Part shown: piece by piece, positions 54,701 through 63,700 of the stretch
Layout: each line of letters begins with the position of its first letter
How positions within the stretch are numbered: the first letter of the stretch is position 1
From: Schmidtea polychroa
Lineage: Eukaryota
Direction: 5' to 3'
Length of the DNA: 64,000 nucleotides
Assembly: GCA_044892525.1 (NCBI GenBank)
Contig: CM097888.1
Span: forward strand, 34,162,001 to 34,226,000
The notes under the pieces: generated by a model
The model's input: only the letters and a program-made list of their open reading frames with translations
Told to the model about the DNA's origin: nothing
Databases searched by the model: none
Translations under genes and position numbers: made by a program

Positions 54701-57700
54701 TTTCACTGAAACATTCTTCCATTGTTGATTTCATTTCGTAGCCAGATTCCATGTTGCGAGTCTTTGTTTCTTCGAATTGTATTTCAACGGTGCAATATTT
54801 AATGTCTTCATCTGATGATATGATGGTTGTTGAATAAACTGATTTTTCTGTTTCAAACATTTCGCTTTCATGCTTAATCTCTCGACACCATTCTCCACTA
54901 TATTCAACATGCTCAATTACATTTTCTATGCTAATATCCTCTATTGTCGGCTTAGCTGTTGAAGTAGCAATATCTAGCATTGGAATCTCCCAACTTACAC
55001 TCTCATTTTCGATTAGTAGTCTTTCTGACTCTTCATCCGATTTCTGTATAGGAACTATTTCTTCGACAATTTCAACAGTTTCACATTCAACTGTGCAGCA
55101 ACTCAAATCAAACATCGACGACTCATCTATCACATTTACTCCTACTGTCATTACACCGACTTCTACAGTTTCTATCATTTGATCTACTTGACTGTCTTCC
55201 ATACTTATTGTATATTCACTTGAACATTCTACAATCACACTTCTGAATTCTGATCCGACCTCGACTGCCTTAGAACCAACATGACTCAAGCTTTCTTCTA
55301 TTGATTTACATTCAAAACTGCTTTCATTATCAACTGTCTCACACATGAACTCAGTCATTGTTTCTTGGAATTTTCCTACAGCTTCATGACTTGTTAGTGT
55401 ATCAATGAATACAATATGCTTTTCTCCGAATGTTTCGCTTCCTACTTCAATCAATTTACTCTCTACACTACTACCGAAGTCAACTGTGTCTTTTAGTTTT
55501 TCGAAAGAAACATCTACAATTTCACTGTCTTTCACTGATTCACTACTCATATCTATAGCCTCTGCTTTATAGTCAGTTAACTTATTTGAAGCCTTTGTAT
55601 CTTTTTCCAAGCTCGTATGTGTCAATTCGATTATTCCAGTTTCAGTTGCAATGTTTTCAGATTTGATCTAAACACAAGAAAACATTTCTTAAAAATGTCC
55701 AAAATGTTTTGTAGTTTTTTTAAACGATAATTTATTATTATAAAATGTAATTAAAAGAAATGAATAAAAAATATGTGTAATGAAAATTTAATAAATATCA
55801 TGATAAATGTATCAAACATTGCTTTAGTGCTATAAATTGTAGGAAAAAAATTAATTTTATTTACCTCTATTTCACTGAAACATTCTTCCATTGTTGATTT
55901 CATTTCGTAGCCAGATTCCATGTTGCGAGTCTTTGTTTCTTCGAATTGTATTTCAACTGTGCAATATTTAATGTCTTCATCTGATGATATGATGGTTGTT
56001 GAATAAACTGATTTTTCTGTTTCAAACATTTCGCTTTCATGCTTAATCTCTCGACACCATTCTCCACTATATTCAACATGCTCAATTACATTTTCTATGC
56101 TAATATCCTCTATTGTCGGCTTAGCTGTTGAAGTAGCAATATCTAGCATTGGAATCTCCCAACTTACACTCTCATTTTCGATTAACAGTCTTTCTGATTC
56201 TTCATCCGGTTTCTGTATAGGAACTATTTCTTCGACAATTTCAACAGTTTCACATTCAACTGTGCAGCAACTCAATTCAAACATCGACGACTCATCTATC
56301 ACTTTCACTCCTACTGTCATTACACCGACTTCTACAGTTTCTATCATTTGATCTACTTGACTGTCTTCCATACTTATTGTATATTCACTTGAACATTCTA
56401 CAATCACACTTCTGAATTCTGATCCGACCTCGACTGCCTTAGAACCAACATGACTCAAGCTTTCTTCTATTGATTTACATTCAAAACTGCTTTCACTATC
56501 AACTGTCTCACACATGAACTCAGTCATTGTTTCTTGGAATTTTCCTACAGCTTCATGACTTGTTAGTGTATCAATGAATACAATATGCTTTTCTCCGAAT
56601 GTTTCGCTTCCTACTTCAATCAATTTACTCTCTACACTACTACCGAAGTCAACTGTGTCTTTTAGTTTTTCGAAAGAAACCTCTACAATTTCACTATCTT
56701 TCACTGATTCACTACTCATATCTATAGCCTCTGCTTTATAGTCAGTTAACTTATTTGAAGCCTTTGTATCTTTTTCCAAGCTCGTATGTGTCAATTCGAT
56801 TATTCCAGTTTCAGTTGCAATGTTTTCAGATTTGATCTAAACACGAGAAAACATTTCTTAAAAATGTCCAAAATGTTTTGTAGTTTTTTTAAACGTTAAT
56901 TTATTATTATAAAAAGTAATTAAAAGAAATGAATAAAAAATATGTTTAATGAAAATTTAATAAATATCATGATAAATGTATCAAACATTGCTTTAGTGCT
57001 ATAAATTGTAGGAAAAAAATTAATTTTATTTACCTCTATTTCACTGAAACATTCTTCCATTGTTGATTTCATTTCGTAGCCAGATTCCATGTTGCGAGTC
57101 TTTGTTTCTTCGAATTGTATTTCAACGGTGCAATATTTAATGTCTTCATCTGATGATATGATGGTTGTTGAATAAACTGATTTTTCTGTTTCAAACATTT
57201 CGCTTTCATGCTTAATCTCTCGACACCATTCTCCACTATATTCAACATGCTCAATTACATTTTCTATGCTAATATCCTCTATTGTCGGCTTAGCTGTTGA
57301 AGTAGCAATATCTAGCATTGGAATCTCCCAACTTACACTCTCATTTTCGATTAGTAGTCTTTCTGACTCTTCATCCGATTTCTGTATAGGAACTATTTCT
57401 TCGACAATTTCAACAGTTTCACATTCAACTGTGCAGCAACTCAAATCAAACATCGACGACTCATCTATCACATTTACTCCTACTGTCATTACACCGACTT
57501 CTACAGTTTCTATCATTTGATCTACTTGACTGTCTTCCATACTTATTGTATATTCACTTGAACATTCTACAATCACACTTCTGAATTCTGATCCGACCTC
57601 GACTGCCTTAGAACCAACATGACTCAAGCTTTCTTCTATTGATTTACATTCAAAACTGCTTTCATTATCAACTGTCTCACACATGAACTCAGTCATTGTT

Positions 57701-60700
57701 TCTTGGAATTTTCCTACAGCTTCATGACTTGTTAGTGTATCAATGAATACAATATGCTTTTCTCCGAATGTTTCGCTTCCTACTTCAATCAATTTACTCT
57801 CTACACTACTACCGAAGTCAACTGTGTCTTTTAGTTTTTCGAAAGAAACATCTACAATTTCACTGTCTTTCACTGATTCACTACTCATATCTATAGCCTC
57901 TGCTTTATAGTCAGTTAACTTATTTGAAGCCTTTGTATCTTTTTCCAAGCTCGTATGTGTCAATTCGATTATTCCAGTTTCAGTTGCAATGTTTTCAGAT
58001 TTGATCTAAACACAAGAAAACATTTCTTAAAAATGTCCAAAATGTTTTGTAGTTTTTTTAAACGATAATTTATTATTATAAAATGTAATTAAAAGAAATG
58101 AATAAAAAATATGTGTAATGAAAATTTAATAAATATCATGATAAATGTATCAAACATTGCTTTAGTGCTATAAATTGTAGGAAAAAAATTAATTTTATTT
58201 ACCTCTATTTCACTGAAACATTCTTCCATTGTTGATTTCATTTCGTAGCCAGATTCCATGTTGCGAGTCTTTGTTTCTTCGAATTGTATTTCAACTGTGC
58301 AATATTTAATGTCTTCATCTGATGATATGATGGTTGTTGAATAAACTGATTTTTCTGTTTCAAACATTTCGCTTTCATGCTTAATCTCTCGACACCATTC
58401 TCCACTATATTCAACATGCTCAATTACATTTTCTATGCTAATATCCTCTATTGTCGGCTTAGCTGTTGAAGTAGCAATATCTAGCATTGGAATCTCCCAA
58501 CTTACACTCTCATTTTCGATTAACAGTCTTTCTGATTCTTCATCCGGTTTCTGTATAGGAACTATTTCTTCGACAATTTCAACAGTTTCACATTCAACTG
58601 TGCAGCAACTCAATTCAAACATCGACGACTCATCTATCACTTTCACTCCTACTGTCATTACACCGACTTCTACAGTTTCTATCATTTGATCTACTTGACT
58701 GTCTTCCATACTTATTGTATATTCACTTGAACATTCTACAATCACACTTCTGAATTCTGATCCGACCTCGACTGCCTTAGAACCAACATGACTCAAGCTT
58801 TCTTCTATTGATTTACATTCAAAACTGCTTTCACTATCAACTGTCTCACACATGAACTCAGTCATTGTTTCTTGGAATTTTCCTACAGCTTCATGACTTG
58901 TTAGTGTATCAATGAATACAATATGCTTTTCTCCGAATGTTTCGCTTCCTATTTCAATCAATTTACTCTCTACACTACTACCGAAGTCAACTGTGTCTTT
59001 TAGTTTTTCGAAAGAAACATCTACAATTTCACTGTCTTTCACTGATTCACTACTCATATCTATAGCCTCTGCTTTATAGTCAGTTAACTTATTTGAAGCC
59101 TTTGTATCTTTTTCCAAGCTCGTATGTGTCAATTCGATTATTCCAGTTTCAGTTGCAATGTTTTCAGATTTGATCTAAACACGAGAAAACATTTCTTAAA
59201 AATGTCCAAAATGTTTTGTAGTTTTTTTAAACGATAATTTATTATTATAAAATGTAATTAAAAGAAATGAATAAAAAATATGTGTAATGAAAATTTAATA
59301 AATATCATGATAAATGTATCAAACATTGCTTTAGTGCTATAAATTGTAGGAAAAAAATTAATTTTATTTACCTCTATTTCACTGAAACATTCTTCCATTG
59401 TTGATTTCATTTCGTGGCCAGATTCCATGTTGCGAGTCTTTGTTTCTTCGAATTGTATTTCAACTGTGCAATATTTAATGTCTTCATCTGATGATATGAT
59501 GGTTGTTGAATAAACTGATTTTTCTGTTTCAAACATTTCGCTTTCATGCTTAATCTCTCGACACCATTCTCCACTATATTCAACATGCTCAATTACATTT
59601 TCTATGCTAATATCCTCTATTGTCGGCTTAGCTGTTGAAGTAGCAATATCTAGCATTGGAATCTCCCAACTTACACTCTCATTTTCGATTAATAGTCTTT
59701 CTGACTCTTCATCCGATTTCTGTATAGGAACTATTTCTTCGACAATTTCAACAGTTTCACATTCAACTGTGCAGCAACTCAATTCAAACATCGACGACTC
59801 ATCTATCACATTTACTCCTACTGTCATTACACCGACTTCTACAGTTTCTATCATTTGATCTACTTGACTGTCTTCCATACTTATTGTATATTCACTTGAA
59901 CATTCTACAATCACACTTCTGAATTCTGATCCGACCTCGACTGCCTTAGAACCAACATGACTCAAGCTTTCTTCTATTGATTTACATTCAAAACTGCTTT
60001 CACTATCAACTGTCTCACACATGAACTCAGTCATTGTTTCTTGGAATTTTCCTACAGCTTCATGACTTGTTAGTGTATCAATGAATACAATATGCTTTTC
60101 TCCGAATGTTTCGCTTCCTACTTCAATCAATTTACTCTCTACACTACTACCGAAGTCAACTGTGTCTTTTAGTTTTTCGAAAGAAACCTCTACAATTTCA
60201 TTATCTTTCACTGATTCACTACTCATATCTATAGCCTCTGCTTTATAGTCAGTTAACTTATTTGAAGCCTTTGTATCTTTTTCCAAGCTCGTATGTGTCA
60301 ATTCGATTATTCCAGTTTCAGTTGCAATGTTTTCAGATTTGATCTAAACACGAGAAAACATTTCTTAAAAATGTCCAAAATGTTTTGTAGTTTTTTTAAA
60401 CGATAATTTATTATTATAAAAAGTAATTAAAAGAAATGAATAAAAAATATGTTTAATGAAAATTTAATAAATATCATGATAAATGTATCAAACATTGCTT
60501 TAGTGCTATAAATTGTAGGAAAAAAATTAATTTTATTTACCTCTATTTCACTGAAACATTCTTCCATTGTTGATTTCATTTCGTAGCCAGATTCCATGTT
60601 GCGAGTCTTTGTTTCTTCGAATTGTATTTCAACTGTGCAATATTTAATGTCTTCATCTGATGATATGATGGTTGTTGAATAAACTGATTTTTCTGTTTCA

Positions 60701-63700
60701 AACATTTCGCTTTCATGCTTAATCTCTCGACACCATTCTCCACTATATTCAACATGCTCAATTACATTTTCTATGCTAATATCCTCTATTGTCGGCTTAG
60801 CTGTTGAAGTAGCAATATCTAGCATTGGAATCTCCCAACTTACACTCTCATTTTCGATTAACAGTCTTTCTGATTCTTCATCCGGTTTCTGTATAGGAAC
60901 TATTTCTTCGACAATTTCAACAGTTTCACATTCAACTGTGCAGCAACTCAATTCAAACATCGACGACTCATCTATCACTTTCACTCCTACTGTCATTACA
61001 CCGACTTCTACAGTTTCTATCATTTGATCTACTTGACTGTCTTCCATACTTATTGTATATTCACTTGAACATTCTACAATCACACTTCTGAATTCTGATC
61101 CGACCTCGACTGCCTTAGAACCAACATGACTCAAGCTTTCTTCTATTGATTTACATTCAAAACTGCTTTCACTATCAACTGTCTCACACATGAACTCAGT
61201 CATTGTTTCTTGGAATTTTCCTACAGCTTCATGACTTGTTAGTGTATCAATGAATACAATATGCTTTTCTCCGAATGTTTCGCTTCCTACTTCAATCAAT
61301 TTACTCTCTACACTACTACCGAAGTCAACTGTGTCTTTTAGTTTTTCGAAAGAAACCTCTACAATTTCATTATCTTTCACTGATTCACTACTCATATCTA
61401 TAGCCTCTGCTTTATAGTCAGTTAACTTATTTGAAGCCTTTGTATCTTTTTCCAAGCTCGTATGTGTCAATTCGATTATTCCAGTTTCAGTTGCAATGTT
61501 TTCAGATTTGATCTAAACACGAGAAAACATTTCTTAAAAATGTCCAAAATGTTTTGTAGTTTTTTTAAACGATAATTTATTATTATAAAAAGTAATTAAA
61601 AGAAATGAATAAAAAATATGTTTAATGAAAATTTAATAAATATCATGATAAATGTATCAAACATTGCTTTAGTGCTATAAATTGTAGGAAAAAAATTAAT
61701 TTTATTTACCTCTATTTCACTGAAACATTCTTCCATTGTTGATTTCATTTCGTAGCCAGATTCCATGTTGCGAGTCTTTGTTTCTTCGAATTGTATTTCA
61801 ACTGTGCAATATTTAATGTCTTCATCTGATGATATGATGGTTGTTGAATAAACTGATTTTTCTGTTTCAAACATTTCGCTTTCATGCTTAATCTCTCGAC
61901 ACCATTCTCCACTATATTCAACATGCTCAATTACATTTTCTATGCTAATATCCTCTATTGTCGGCTTAGCTGTTGAAGTAGCAATATCTAGCATTGGAAT
62001 CTCCCAACTTACACTCTCATTTTCGATTAACAGTCTTTCTGATTCTTCATCCGGTTTCTGTATAGGAACTATTTCTTCGACAATTTCAACAGTTTCACAT
62101 TCAACTGTGCAGCAACTCAATTCAAACATCGACGACTCATCTATCACTTTCACTCCTACTGTCATTACACCGACTTCTACAGTTTCTATCATTTGATCTA
62201 CTTGACTGTCTTCCATACTTATTGTATATTCACTTGAACATTCTACAATCACACTTCTGAATTCTGATCCGACCTCGACTGCCTTAGAACCAACATGACT
62301 CAAGCTTTCTTCTATTGATTTACATTCAAAACTGCTTTCACTATCAACTGTCTCACACATGAACTCAGTCATTGTTTCTTGGAATTTTCCTACAGCTTCA
62401 TGACTTGTTAGTGTATCAATGAATACAATATGCTTTTCTCCGAATGTTTCGCTTCCTACTTCAATCAATTTACTCTCTACACTACTACCGAAGTCAACTG
62501 TGTCTTTTAGTTTTTCGAAAGAAACCTCTACAATTTCATTATCTTTCACTGATTCACTACTCATATCTATAGCCTCTGCTTTATAGTCAGTTAACTTATT
62601 TGAAGCCTTTGTATCTTTTTCCAAGCTCGTATGTGTCAATTCGATTATTCCAGTTTCAGTTGCAATGTTTTCAGATTTGATCTAAACACGAGAAAACATT
62701 TCTTAAAAATGTCCAAAATGTTTTGTAGTTTTTTTAAACGATAATTTATTATTATAAAAAGTAATTAAAAGAAATGAATAAAAAATATGTTTAATGAAAA
62801 TTTAATAAATATCATGATAAATGTATCAAACATTGCTTTAGTGCTATAAATTGTAGGAAAAAAATTAATTTTATTTACCTCTATTTCACTGAAACATTCT
62901 TCCATTGTTGATTTCATTTCGTAGCCAGATTCCATGTTGCGAGTCTTTGTTTCTTCGAATTGTATTTCAACGGTGCAATATTTAATGTCTTCATCTGATG
63001 ATATGATGGTTGTTGAATAAACTGATTTTTCTGTTTCAAACATTTCGTTTTCATGCTTAATCTCTCGACACCATTCTCCACTATATTCAACATGCTCAAT
63101 TACATTTTCTATGCTAATATCCTCTATTGTCGGCTTAGCTGTTGAAGTAGCAATATCTAGCATTGGAATCTCCCAACTTACACTCTCATTTTCGATTAAT
63201 AGTCTTTCTGACTCTTCATCCGATTTCTGTATAGGAACTATTTCTTCGACAATTTCAACAGTTTCACATTCAACTGTGCAGCAACTCAAATCAAACATCG
63301 ACGACTCATCTATCACATTTACTCCTACTGTCATTACACCGACTTCTACAGTTTCTATCATTTGATCTACTTGACTGTCTTCCATACTTATTGTATATTC
63401 ACTTGAACATTCTACAATCACACTTCTGAATTCTGATCCGACCTCGACTGCCTTAGAACCAACATGACTCAAGCTTTCTTCTATTGATTTACATTCAAAA
63501 CTGCTTTCACTATCAACTGTCTCACACATGAACTCAGTCATTGTTTCTTGGAATTTTCCTACAGCTTCATGACTTGTTAGTGTATCAATGAATACAATAT
63601 GCTTTTCTCCGAATGTTTCGCTTCCTACTTCAATCAATTTACTCTCTACACTACTACCGAAGTCAACTGTGTCTTTTAGTTTTTCGAAAGAAACATCTAC

